Positions 1 to 12,375 of a DNA stretch of 64,000 nt are shown piece by piece. The number at the start of each line of letters is the position of its first letter. The first letter of the stretch is position 1. The DNA is from Octopus vulgaris (Eukaryota), in the NCBI GenBank assembly GCA_951406725.2, contig OX597824.1:21142001-21206000 (forward strand). The letters run 5' to 3'. The notes under the pieces were generated by a model. It did no database searches. It was not told the origin of the DNA and worked only from the letters and a program-made list of their open reading frames with translations. A program made the position numbers and the translations under genes.

Positions 1-118
1 GGGAAGCAGTACTTGAAATAAATATGGTGCCGAAAGATAGATACACTCTTTTTAGAGGATTCAAATCAATCGGCGTTTGTCGCATAAGAATCGTTCGGGC
101 AGTGATTGCAACGGTGTA

Positions 119-524
119 TACCTATTTTTTTACTGCCCACAAGCGGCTAAGCACAGAGGGGACAAACAAGGGCAGACAAATGAATTAAGTCGATTATATC
201 GACCCCAGTGCGCAACTGGTACTGAATTTATCGACCCCGAGAGGATGAAAGACAAAGTCGACCTCGGCGGAATTTGAACTCAGAACGTAGCGGCAGATGA
301 AATACCTATTTCTTTACTGCCCACAAGCGGCTAAGCACAGAGGGGACAAACAAGGACAGACAAATGGATTAAGTCGATTATATCGACCCCAGTGCGTAAC
401 TGGTACTGAATTTATCGACCCCGAAAGGATGAAAGTCAAAGTCGACCTCGGCGGAATTTGAACTCAGACGGAATACGGCTACGCATTTCGCCCGGCGTGC
501 TAACGTTTCTGACAGCTCGCCGCC
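119..524 (-). mobile_element. SINE family A (tRNA-derived, internally tandem-repeated), dimer
   Basis: Reverse complement of GGCGAGCTG(G/T)CAGAAACGTTAGCAC...GAGTTCAAATTCCGCCGAGGTCGACTTTG(C/A)CTTTCATCCTTTCGGGGTCGATAAA...; the ~185-bp body occurs twice; more than 10 copies in the window. Confidence 0.85.
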
Positions 525-971
525 CTCATAAAAGTACAGCAGGGTTCACTACCATCCCCTGCTGGAGCCTCATAGAACTTTAAGAGTGTTCGCTCAATAA
601 ACACTCACAGCACCTGGGAATCGAAATTCTTCAGCTTGACAGCTCCAATTCGGAAAATATTGATGGTGTTTTGTCAATCCCACACTCTTATCAAGTTTGA
701 TGAAATTCAAGGTTTAGTTTTAAAAAAACAAAAAGCTCATTACGTTTTTCAGTATCTCCAACTGATGAGATGGAATTTAGAAGTTACCCTTCTATACCAC
801 AGGTGCAGGGGTGACTGTCTGGTAAGAAGTTTGCTTCTCACCCACGTGGTCTTGGGTTCAGACCCACAGCGTGGCACCTTGGGCAAATGTCTTCTACTAT
901 AGCTCTGAGATGATCAAAGTTTTGTGAGGTGATTTGATAGGCGGAAACTGAAAGAAACTAATCTTGTTTCT

Positions 972-1335
972 ATGTGGTAAGTAGCTTGCTTACCAACCAC
1001 ATGGTTCTGGGTTCAGTCCCACTGCGTGGCACCTTGGGCAAGTGTCTTCTACTATAGCCTCGGGCCGACCAAAGCCTTGTGAGTGGATTTGGTAGACAGA
1101 AACTGAAAGAAGCCTGTCGTATATATATGTATGTGTGTGTATCTGTGTTAGTCCCCCCAACATCGCTTGACAACTGATGGTGGTGTGTTTATGTCTCCGT
1201 AACTTAGTGGTTCGGCAAAAGAGACCGATAGAATAAGTACTAAGCTTACAACGAATAAGTCCTGGGTCGATTTGCTCGACTAAAGGCGGTGCTCCAGCAT
1301 GGCCGCAGTCCAATGACTGAAACAAGTAAAAGAGT
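972..1335 (+). mobile_element. SINE family B (tRNA head, CORE-like ACCTTGGGCAAGT domain, internal microsatellite)
   Basis: TGTGGTAAGTAGCTTGC..GGTTCAGTCCC..CACCTTGGGCAAGTGTCTT..(TA/TG)n..CTCCAGCATGGCCGCAGTC..GACTGAAACAAGTAAAAGAG; many copies; a partial copy precedes it at ~805-960. Confidence 0.85.
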
Positions 1336-1741
1336 AATGTACATTGTGTGTGTGTGTGTTAGTGTCACCATAATGCAAGTGATGTCATTCCTTTCCAATC
1401 TTCCATGGAAACGTATCTGGCCACAGAGAATTATGACCTTGCTTGGAAACAGGAGAGAGTTTGCGATGGAAGGGGCATCTGGCCATAAAAAATCTGCCTC
1501 ACTGAATTCCGTCTGATTGATGGACGTTAAAATGGTCATGACAACAATGATGATGATGATGGTGGTGGTGGTGATGGTGGCAGCAGTGACAGTAGCAATG
1601 GTAGTGGTGATGGTTAATACATATGTCTAACATTGACACAAGGCTACCAATTTTGGTGAGCGACGGGGACATAGTCAATCAAATTTATCCCCAGTACATG
1701 ACAGGTATTTTTATTTCATTCCCTCCACCCAGACTGAGAAG

Positions 1742-2140
1742 TGGCGAGCTGGCAGAAACGTTAGCATGCCGGGCGAAATGCGTAGCTATACTTTGTCTGC
1801 TGTTATGTTCTGAGTTCAAATTCCGCCTTTCATCCTTTCGGAGTCGATAAATTAAGTACCAGTTACGCACTGGGGTAGATGTAATCTACTTAATCTCTTT
1901 GCCTGTACTTCTATGTCCCCTCTATGTTTAGCCCCTTGTGGGTAGTAAAGAAATAGGTATTTCATCTGCCGCTGCGTTCTGAGTTCAAATTCTACCGATG
2001 TCGATTTTGCCTTTCATCCTTTCGGGGTTGATAAATTAAGTACCAGTTACGCACTGGGGTTGATGTAATCGACTTAATCTCTTTGTCTGTCCTTGTTTGT
2101 CCCCTCTATGTTTAGCCCCTTGTGGGCAATAAAGAAATAA
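1742..2140 (+). mobile_element. SINE family A, tandem multimer
   Basis: GGCGAGCTGGCAGAAACGTTAGC head followed by repeated bodies ending CCCTTGTGGGCAATAAAGAAATAA. Confidence 0.85.
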
Positions 2141-2319
2141 GAAGAATTTCTTCTTCAAACTTGCAAGTTATCCAGTTTCCCTGTCTGTCTGTATGTCTAT
2201 TTGCCTGTCTGTCATACTTTCTCTCTCTCTCTTGCTGTCTCTCACTGTCTCTCCCTTTCTCTCAATGTCTCTGTCTCTATCTCCCTCACTTTTCCTTGTT
2301 TTCATTCTTCTGTTATTTA

Positions 2320-2712
2320 CTAGCAGTATCGCCCGGCATTGCTCGGGTTTGTTTCGACCCTTTAGAATTGGAATTTTTGAAAAGTAAAAATTTTGCATTA
2401 TGTAGCTTGTTATTCTCTTTAAGTGAACATTTTTCTGGTTGAAATACACCGAAAAATGGTGACACAGCAGTCAAAAAATCGCAAAAAATAGGGATTTTCA
2501 TAGAAAATAAGCACCTTTTTGATGTAAATAATTTTTGGTCTTAACATGGTCCGATTTGAATTTTTTTCTTCTACGGAAGGAAGAGCAAGCCTTCTTCTAT
2601 CATGCTCTCAATTTTGGTCAACTTGCGTCACAGGGTCTCGGAGGAGATAGTGTTAGTTGAAAGCTACCAAACTTGCCATACACACAGACAACTTCAGCTT
2701 TATATATATAGA
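2320..2712 (-). mobile_element. Non-autonomous Helitron (~393 bp)
   Basis: On the minus strand: 5' TC(TA)n AAGCTG..., 3' subterminal hairpin CCCGAGCAATGCCGGG, then CTAG, inserted between A and T; near-identical copies at 8539-8928 and 26865-27263. Confidence 0.85.
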
Positions 2713-3079
2713 TTCATAAGTGTATAATCTTTTGTTATAATAACAGCCTAAACTGTTTTCCCTCCACCTAGCATTCTGTTTATATTTGATGTATGACTAT
2801 TTCAAAGTTTTCTTTCTCTTGTATTCACAATCTCTTGTTTCTCTATTTTTGTCCTTAGATGTGTATATTTGTGTATAAAAATATGTATGCACGTGTGTGT
2901 TTGTATGTGTGTGTTTTGTGTGTGGGTTTGTACTTTTGTTGATTTCCTTTTGAAAACATTTCAGAGAAACTAAAATATTCCACAATCATATTTTTCACTT
3001 GTTTTATCTCAAATCCACCTTCGTATTTCTATTTTCGCTATGTCACCCTTTATCTTTTCATGTGTAATACTATATTACA

Positions 3080-3101
3080 TTACACACGCACACACACACA
3101 C

Positions 3102-3150
<49 letters not shown>

Positions 3151-3228
3151 TATATATATATATATATATATATATGCATATGCATATATATATATAATAT
3201 ATATAATATATATATATATATATGCATA

Positions 3229-3295
<67 letters not shown>

Positions 3296-3489
3296 TATAA
3301 AATATATTACATACACATGCACACACATGATACTATATTAGATAAATATGTGCATGTATGTATTCATGTATATATATATATCATCATTGTTCGACCGTGG
3401 TCACAATGGAATTTACACACAGACACAAACACATATTTATTTGTAAGTGTATATGTGGATGCCTGTATCCATATATATATCATATACAT

Positions 3490-3555
<66 letters not shown>

Positions 3556-3750
3556 GTCCCACCCATGCTAGCATAAAAGCCAAACGTTAAACGATGCTGT
3601 CTGTATGTATGTATGTACATACATATATATATATATGTATGTATGTACATACACGCACATGCACACATATGCACGCACATGCAGACACACACACACACAC
3701 ACATGCACACACTCTCACACACACGTGCACACGCACACACGTATATTACA
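3080..3750. repeat. Compound (TA)n/(CA)n/(TACA)n microsatellite field
   Basis: Direct reading; similar fields at 5100-6260, 16800-17360, 22330-22770, 33240-33870, 38575-39000, 45810-46030, 47290-47610 and 50320-50640. Confidence 0.95.
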
Positions 3751-3996
3751 TAAAGGTCTTGTTTCCAACATCCACCCTTACTCTGGCTATGGTGCTTTTT
3801 GCAACTAACCTCACATCCACTGCTGATTAGATTACGCAGGTAAGGGAACCTATCACCTGCTCTTGGCAAGCTTTCTAGGAACGTGAATGAAGCCATTTCC
3901 TCAGTGCTCCCACCGTTAACTACTTTTCCTTGTGCATCTACGACATATTAACTCCTTCTTCCTCGTTAGCTTGTCAGACATGAAACTGCCCCTATT

Positions 3997-4590
3997 CTCT
4001 TTTACTCTTTTACTTGTTTCAGTCATTTGACTGTGGCCATGCCGGAGCACTGCCTTTAGTCGAGCAAATCGACCTTATGACTTATCCTTTGTAAGCCTAG
4101 TACTTATTCTATTGGTCTCTTTTGCTGAACCGCTAAGTTATGGGGACGTAAACACACCAGCATCGGTTGTCAAGCAATGTTGGGGGGACAAACACAGACA
4201 CACAAACATATATACACTCATACATACATATATATATATATAGAAATACAATAAGAGGCTTCCAAATAGGAAAGCCTTGTGCTAGAAAGAGCAGTAGAAA
4301 ACTCAAACCACCAAATAAGGATAAATTCTCTAATGACTAATTCGTTTTTGTGCTAGGCCACTGGTAATAATGATTTCTTATTACCCTATTGTTATTTATA
4401 TATACATACATATATACATATATACGATGGCCTTTTTTCAGTTTCCCTCTACCAAATCCACTCAGAAGGCTTTGGTCGGCACGAGGCTATAGTAGAAGAC
4501 ACTTGCCCAAGGTGCCAGGTGCCACACAGTGGGACTAAACCCGGAACCATGTGGTTGGTAAGCAAGCTACTAACTACGCAGCCACTCCTG
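3997..4590 (-). mobile_element. SINE family B with a ~160-bp foreign insert in its internal (TA)n
   Basis: Reverse complement of the family-B consensus; unrelated sequence at 4242-4398 flanked by TA runs. Confidence 0.8.
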
Positions 4591-4749
4591 CACCTATTGT
4601 GTACAAATTATTTGCATTGGGTACATACCATTGGATACCATTCATGCCTATTCCTGTTTAGCATATTGAGCGTGGCAACTTCCTTGTTGGCATTGGTGTT
4701 CTGCTTTTGTTGTTGTTAACCGCAACTTTTGTTCTTACTTAGTTGATCT

Positions 4750-4903
4750 TCAGGTTCGAAATTTCCCCAAGACACCTGAAGAAGGCTGGAGGGTATATCA
4801 GCCGAAACGTTGTGTTAACAACAAACACGATGGGGACAAATATCTGTCAAATGTAAATAATGTAAATAATGTACATAATTCCTCATCTCTTAAATATAGA
4901 ACT
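4750..4903 (+). mobile_element. Penelope-like pseudo-LTR fragment / short HHR-bearing retroelement
   Basis: ~150-bp segment repeated in reverse at 23648-23800; contains the hammerhead motif at 4771-4816. Confidence 0.65.
4771..4816 (+). ncRNA. Minimal type I hammerhead ribozyme motif
   Basis: Helix I GACAC/GTGTT; core CTGAAGA; helix II GGCTGG-agggtata-TCAGCC; GAAA; palindromic helix III ACGT; GUU triplet. Confidence 0.7.
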
Positions 4904-5216
4904 GTAAGGGGATAAGGGGTTTGGTGTTTATGGCTTTTCCAAGGTCATTGCAGATTAAATCTGGGTGGCAAGCTTTGAGTGTCAAAAGCTAACCAACCAT
5001 GCTAAAGGGATTGCCTCACGTATACAAGGAAATATATGCATTCACTTACACACACACACATAACAGACATGCACATAACACATTTAATTAAAGCATTTAC
5101 AGGTACGTGAATATGTGCATGGAGGTATGTTTGTGTTTGTGTATACATATATGTCTATATCTATGTCTGTCTGCCTACCCACCATGCATCTATCTATCTA
5201 TCTATCTATATATCTA

Positions 5217-5271
<55 letters not shown>

Positions 5272-5339
5272 CTATCAATCTATTTATCTCTCTATCTATC
5301 TATATCTGTTTCTCTGTCTGCCTGTCTCTCTCTCTCTTC

Positions 5340-5371
<32 letters not shown>

Positions 5372-5392
5372 ATCTATCTACCTATCTATATC

Positions 5393-5595
5393 AATCATCA
5401 TTTAATGTCCATTTTCCGTGCTGGTTTGGGTTGGATGGTTTGACTGGGCTGGCATGCTGGAAGGCTGCACCAGACAAGTCTGATTTGGCATAGTTTTCTA
5501 TGGCTGGATGCCCTTCCTAATGCCAACCAATCTGTGAGTGTAATGGGTGCTTTTACATGCCATTGGTATGGGTGCCATTTGCTTGACACCGGGGT
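5393..5595 (-). mobile_element. RTE LINE 3' UTR fragment with (GAT)n tail
   Basis: Matches the 3' end of the RTE copy at 51872-53212 (GGCATTAGGAAGGGCATCCAGC...CCAACCC...GGAAAATGGACATTAAATGATGAT). Confidence 0.75.
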
Positions 5596-5614
5596 GTGCT
5601 TATGTGTCACCAGC

Positions 5615-5706
<92 letters not shown>

Positions 5707-5715
5707 TATATATAT

Positions 5716-5789
<74 letters not shown>

Positions 5790-5891
5790 GTATATATATT
5801 GCCAGGTACCACCCTTCTGCTTGTATTCCGTTTTATCTGATACATTTGTATAAATATACTAATCTATCTCTCTCTCTCTATTACTCAATAT

Positions 5892-5936
<45 letters not shown>

Positions 5937-6774
5937 AAACATATATCTTCATACCTCTGTATATATATGTGTGTGTATAAAAGAGTAATATCAATAAAAT
6001 CTTCATACAATTGTTTAGCCATCACCGTCACAGTAAACTCTATCAACTGGAAGGGCAGCTGGTTGTGAAACAATGCTTCAGTATTATGTCTGTCTGACTC
6101 ATGCTAGCATTGACAAAAGGACATAAAAACGAATATGTATACATACATATATGCACACACACACACACACACACATGCATGCATGAACACACATGTGCAC
6201 ACACACACACACATACACACACTCACATACATCACATACATGCACACACCACACACACATATTGTGTACCTCTCTGACCCAAACCTAGGAAATTAAATCC
6301 TCTCTTGTCATACCTGTTCCTCTTCAAACATCTTTTATTTACTTCCAGACTTAAAACCATTTTCCTAAAACAGCCATAAACATCCCAATGGAATATTTTC
6401 TATGTAGTTGTTCACCCTGCTAAAAATCGTAACCAAATCTGTTTCAAATTATACCATTATGCCTTAAAACAAGAAGGACACCATGAATAACGTAGTCTGC
6501 TGTTTCAGGAGATACCAAAGAAACATAAGACGACTTGGTCACACCTGAAATGCTTTTGATTATTGGCCCGTTCACTCAGAGTTGACTTGGGCCCCAAGAA
6601 CAATAGCATAGTTAAAAACCATTATTTAAGCCAGTAGTTCCAAATCACTTCATTACCAAAGATATCATCAGTAAAGAAAGGGCAGTGAATTCAGCAGAGC
6701 CATTCGAATGTTGAACAATATATCAAGCAATAACTTAGGTAGAGATCTGGCAGATCATTAGCACACTGGGTGAA

Positions 6775-6915
6775 ATGCACTGGCCCAGTGGTTAGGGCAG
6801 CAGACTTGCAGTCGGAGGATCGTGGTTTCGATTCCCAGACCGAGCGTTGTGTGTGTTTATTGAGCGAAAACACCTAAAAGCTACACGAGGCTCCAGCAGG
6901 GGGTGGTGGCAACCT
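6775..6915 (+). mobile_element. SINE family C (tRNA-derived head), truncated
   Basis: TGGCCCAGTGGTTAGGGCAG (A box)..GGTTTCGATTCCC (B box)..TGTTTATTGAGCGAAAACACCTAAAAGCT. Confidence 0.8.
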
Positions 6916-6936
6916 CTGTTGCTTCAAGAGAAAGGC

Positions 6937-7350
6937 AGCGAGCTGGCAGAAACTTTAGCACACCGGCAAAATGCTTAGCAGTATTTCGTCTGCCACTACA
7001 TTCTGAGTTCAAATTCCGCCGAGGTCGACTTTGCCTTTCATCCTTTCGGGGTCAATTAAATAAGTACCAGTTATGCACTGGGGTCGATATAATCGACTTC
7101 ATCCATGTGTCTGTCCTTGTTTGTCCTCTCTTTGTTTAGCCCCTTGTGGGTAGTAAAGAAATAGGTATTTCATCTGCCACTACATTCTGTGTTCAAATTC
7201 TACTGAGGTCGACTTTACTTTTCATCCTTTCGGGGTCAATTAAATAAAAACCAGTTATGCACTGGGGTCGATGTAATCGACTTAATCCCTTTGTCTGTCC
7301 TTGTTTGTCCCCTCTATGTTTAGCTCCCTGTGGGCAATAAAGAAATAAAT
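6937..7350 (+). mobile_element. SINE family A, dimer
   Basis: Head plus two tandem bodies. Confidence 0.85.
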
Positions 7351-8538
7351 ATATCAAGCAGCATTAGTTCTGATTCTCTGCATTCAGGGTTCAAATCATA
7401 ATGAAGTTAACTTTGTCTTTCATCCTTTCAGGGTTAAGAGAAAAAAATGAACCAATCCAGCATATTGGCTTGGCAGAATTCTAAGAGCATTGAATGAGAT
7501 GCTTTGCAGATTCAGTTCTGGTTCTTTGGATTCTTGCAGCAATTAGTGCCAAGCTGTACGATATTTGGTGGAGGTATGTGGCTTGTTGGGTAGGGTGTTG
7601 GTTTGTAAGATTGCAGTTTCGATTCCTGGACCAGGCGACGCATTGTGTTCTTGGGCAAAACATTTCATTTCACATTGCTCCAGTTCACTCAGCTGGCAAA
7701 AATGAGTAATCCTGTGATGGACCGCTGACCTGTTCAGGTGGGGAAACTGTGGAACAGGTAGACCTATGAAGACATGGGACAAAGTGGTGAAGTGCAATCT
7801 TCAGATGTTGAGACCCATAGAGGCAATGACAAATAATTGAAACCTTTGGCAATTTGCTGTGCTTGAGAAGACATGTCAAGTCAAGTGAAATTGTTATTGT
7901 GGCCAGTGCTGGTGACACATAAAAGGCATCCACCACATTCTTGGAATGGTTGGCATTAGGAAGGGCATCCTACTGTAGAAACCAAGCTAAATCAGACTAG
8001 ATCCTGGCACAGCTCTCTGGCCTATTGACCCTGAAAGGATGAAAGGCTGACTTCAGCAGAATTTGAACTCAGAATGTAAAGACAGGCGAAATACTGCTAA
8101 ACATTTCGCCTGGCATGCTAACATTTCTGCCAGTTTATCACCTTACAATACAATATCAAAACACGTGTTAAAGTCAAATTTAAAGTGAAATGGCAGAATT
8201 GGTAGAGTAATAGAAAAAATTCTTTGTGGTGACACTTTACATTCCGAGTTCAAATCTTATTAGTGTTGATGATATTTGCTTTTTCTCCTTAAAATAAAGT
8301 ACCAGTAAAATATTAGGTCAGTGTAATTGATATTGCACTTCTCCCTAGGTTTAAAGTTTTGTTCCTATGTCAAAACTGACTTCCTGATTTATTACCACTA
8401 TCTGGTTCTGCTACAGAGCCAACTCCATTTGCAAGTATTTGAACTAGATCTGCAGTGCTGAGTTCAAATCTCATATAGGTTCACTTTGCTTCATCTCCTC
8501 CTGGCAAGGGGAGTTATAAAAATAAGTATTAATTAGTA

Positions 8539-8928
8539 CTAGCAGTATTGCCTGGCATTGCTTGGGTTTGTTTCGACCCTTTAGAATTTGAATTTTTGAA
8601 AAGTAAAAATTTTGCATTATGTAGCTTGTTATTCTCTTTAAATGAACATTTTTCTGGTTGAAATAAACTGAAAAATGGTGACACGGCAGTCAAAAAATCG
8701 TAAAGAATAGGGATTTTCATAGAAAAAACCCCACCTTTGTAAATAATTTTTGGTGTTAACATGGTCCGATTCGAATTTTTTCTTCTGCGGAATGAAGAGC
8801 AAGCCTTCTTCTATCATGCTCTCAATTTTGGTCAACTTGTGCCACAGGGTCTCGGAGGAGATAGTGTTAGTTGAAGGCTACCAAAGCTGCCATACACAGA
8901 CAACTTCAGCTTTATATATAGATATAGA
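8539..8928 (-). mobile_element. Non-autonomous Helitron (~390 bp)
   Basis: Same TC...hairpin-CTAG ends and internal sequence as 2320-2712. Confidence 0.85.
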
Positions 8929-9221
8929 TTAGGATAAGTATTAATTAATACTAGGATTGCTTGATATATCTGTACATGTCTTTACATTTGTTGTTGTATG
9001 CTTATATTAAATATCTGCTTTATAGCAACAAAGAAAAAAAACCAAGGAAGAAGAAAAAAATAAAACAAACAGTTTAATCCTCACTTATTAGGTATATTTC
9101 CATGTAGACATTTTCTCAGATAATGTCTTACTTTCGACAACCTCATAGTTTTCAATAGAACTGTTGGTTCCAGTCAATACCTGTTTCTTATTCGTGTCTG
9201 ACCTGTTCACCTGTAGAGGTG

Positions 9222-9453
9222 TTTCACATTTTTGTTATCATGTTTCTGTTTAAATACGTAGCTATAATTTCAATTAATTTTTTTAAAGCAATGAAGAATT
9301 TAGATATCTTTGTTGCTACTAAGCTGATGTTTGGAACATAAATTAACAAGGAATTTTTCTTGGAAGGCATATAATTTAGACCTCTTTTAAAATAGGAAGT
9401 TTGTATCATAAAACCAGGGTCAGTCTCAGGTGGGTTGGTATTAAAAGGGTTAA
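9222..9453 (-). mobile_element. Diverged TTAA-flanked (piggyBac-like) MITE
   Basis: Ends AAAAGGGTTAA; weak reverse similarity to the MITEs at 35557-35781 and 35926-36155. Confidence 0.45.
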
Positions 9454-10661
9454 TGGAGTTAAAACAAAAGTTTTGAGGGCATTATTCCTACATTTTTTTG
9501 AGTTCTAATTCCGCCAAGGTCAACTTTGCTTTTCATCCTTTCAGGGTGAATAAATTACACATACATACGTATGTATGTACGTACATACATACGTACATAC
9601 ATACGTACATACGTACGTACATACATACATACGTACGTACGTACATACATACATACGTACATACATACATACATACATACATACATACACACGATCTTCC
9701 TCTTTCAGTTTCCGTCTACCAAAACCACTCACAAGGCTTTGGTTGGCCTGAGGCTATAGTAGAAGACACTTGCCCAAGGTGCCACGCAGTGGGACTGAAC
9801 CCGGAACCATGTGGTTGGTAAGCAAGCTACTTACCACACAGCCACTCATATCATTGACTTCTAATTCCTCAATCATTTCATTTATTTTTTTCTTTTCATC
9901 TTTATTAGGAAATCTTGATTCTGAAAATCTAAAAATAACTGTTTACTTATCAGCATTTCTCTGACCTTTTAAGATAGTTCAGAGCCTGGGAAAGCAAAAT
10001 GACAAAGAAACGGTAGGGTTGCTAGAATGTTGAATGAAATGACTTGCAGTATTTATTCTGGATCTCTGAATTCTGAGTTCAAATCCTGCCTTTTGCATTC
10101 AAAGTCAGCATTGAATCTAACATAACCTAAAAAGGCCATATTAAATAGAATTTTTTTAAAAATAGAAAATGTAATTATATTAATTGTGCAAATGTAATTG
10201 TAATATTAAACTAAAAAAATCAAAATGTAAACTGAGATTTTAATGAGTTTTCAAAGAATTTCAAAACATTGGAATAAATTTAATATCATGAATACCAGAT
10301 GTTATATTTGGTAGACTTCCGCACTCTAATAGAGGACAAAAACCAGTCAACCACTTTGATGTTATTGGCAGAATGACAACATGAAATTGAGGACTTACCA
10401 AAATTAATGAGGAATAGAGATTCCTGGCATAACATGAAATGGTATGGTGAGCTGCATCACAGTTGCAACTGCCTGAAGAAGCAAAAGAATATTATAAAAT
10501 CAAGAAAGATGTAAACATGGCAAATATTTCTACTATTTTACCAAAGCAATCCTTGAAATTTCTCTGTCCATTTTAGAAACTTTATTCTTACCAGCAGAGA
10601 GAACATGAAATAATTCGTTTTTGGAACATTGGACCATGAAGTTGATAAGCTATTTATAATC

Positions 10662-11255
10662 GGCGAGCTGGCAGAATCGTTAGCACGTCAGGCAAAATGC
10701 TTAGCGGTATTTCATCTGTCGTTACGTTCTGAGTTCAAATTCTGCCGAAGTTGACTTTGCCTTTCATCCTTTTGGGGTCGATAAAGAAAGTACCAGTTTC
10801 GCACTGGGGTCAATGTAATCAACTTAATCCGTTTGTCTGTCCTTGTTTGTCCCCTCTATATTTAGCCCCTTGTGGGTAATAAAGAAACAGGCATTTCGTC
10901 TGTCGTTACATTCTGAGTTCAAATTCCGCCGAAGTCGACTTTGCCTTTCATCCTTTCGGGGTTGATAAATAAAGTACCAGTTTCGCACTGGGGTCGATGT
11001 TATCAACTTAATCCGTTTGTCTGTCCTTGTTTGTCCCCTCTATATTTAGCCCCTTGTGGGTAATAAAGAAACAGGTATTTCGTCTGTCGTTACATTCTGA
11101 ATTCAAATTCCGCCGAAGTCGACTTTGCCTTTCATCCTTTCGGGGTCGATAAATAAAGTACTAGTTTCGCACTGGGGTCGATGTAATCGACTTAATCCGT
11201 TTGTCTGTCCTTGTTTGTCCCCTATTTGTTTACCCTCTTGTGGGCAGTAAAGAAA
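10662..11255 (+). mobile_element. SINE family A, one head with 3 tandem bodies
   Basis: ~185-bp unit (TTCGTCTGTCGTTACATTCTGAGTTCAAATTCCGCCGAAGTCGAC...CCCCTTGTGGGTAATAAAGAAAC) repeated head to tail. Confidence 0.9.
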
Positions 11256-11274
11256 TATATACATAATAGTTTTT

Positions 11275-11868
11275 ACTAAAAGCAAAGGCCTGAAATTTGG
11301 TTGGTGGGGACTAATTGATTACATCGACCCCAGTGTTTCACTTGTACTTAATTTATTGACTCTGAAAGAATGAGAAGCAGAGTCGACCCCGGAGGAATTT
11401 GAACTCAGAACGTAGTGGGAGACGAAATGCCATTAAGCATTTTGCTGAGTGTGCTTATGATTCTGCCAGCTTGCTGCCTTAGATAAGGATAAGGATAAGC
11501 TGTAAATAACAGTGAGTAAATATTCTTTTCTACAACAGGCACAAAGCCTGAAATTTTTGGGGAGGGGGCCAGTCAATTAGATCGACCCCAGCATGCATGC
11601 AGCTGGTACTTAATTTATCGACCCCGAAAGGATAAAAGGCAAAGTTGACCTCATCAGTATTTGAACTCAGAGACGAAATACTTATTTCTTTACTAGCCAC
11701 AAGGGGCTAAACACAGAGGGGACAGACAAGGAGATTAAGTCGATTACATCGACCCCAGTGCGTAACTGGTACTTAATTTATCGACCCCGAAAGGATGAAA
11801 GGCAAAGTCGACGAAATACTGCTAGGCATTTCGCTCAGCATGCTAACGTTTCTGCCAGCTCACCGCCT
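11275..11868 (-). mobile_element. SINE family A copies (minus strand)
   Basis: Reverse-complement family-A bodies, inverted relative to 10662-11255. Confidence 0.8.
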
Positions 11869-12039
11869 TAATAATGAGTAAATATTGGGAAAATAAAACT
11901 CCTTTGATTGGAAAATGCCGAAGTCTGCTAATCTGCTTCAAGATTCAATGTTCCACAAAAAATTATTTCATTTTCTTGAAGTTTATAAATTCTTCTGACA
12001 CCAGCATCAAAAAAGATGTATTTTTAATGCAAAATATTT

Positions 12040-12375
12040 TGTCTTTTACTTGTTTTGGTCATTAGACTGGCTCTGTTGGGGCACTGCCTTGAAGAAATAA
12101 AGCCTGGTACTTATTCCATTGATCTCTTTTGCCAAATTGTTCAGGTACAGGGATGTAAACACACCAGCACCGGTTGGCAAGCAGTGGTGGGGGATAACAC
12201 ACACACACACACAAGACTGGCTTCTTTCAGTTTCTGTCTACCAAATCCACTCAAAAGTCTTTGGTCAGCCTGAGGTTATAGTAGAAGAAACTTGCCCAAG
12301 ATGTCATGCAGTGGGTTCGAACCCAGAACCATGTGGTTGGGAAGCAAGCTTCTTACGACACAGCCATGCCTGCAC
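12040..12375 (-). mobile_element. SINE family B
   Basis: Diverged reverse-complement copy. Confidence 0.75.

Noticed and set aside
3040-6073. Numerous [16 protein letters not shown] ORFs here and throughout the window
   Set aside because: They are translations of dinucleotide and tetranucleotide microsatellites, with no coding signal
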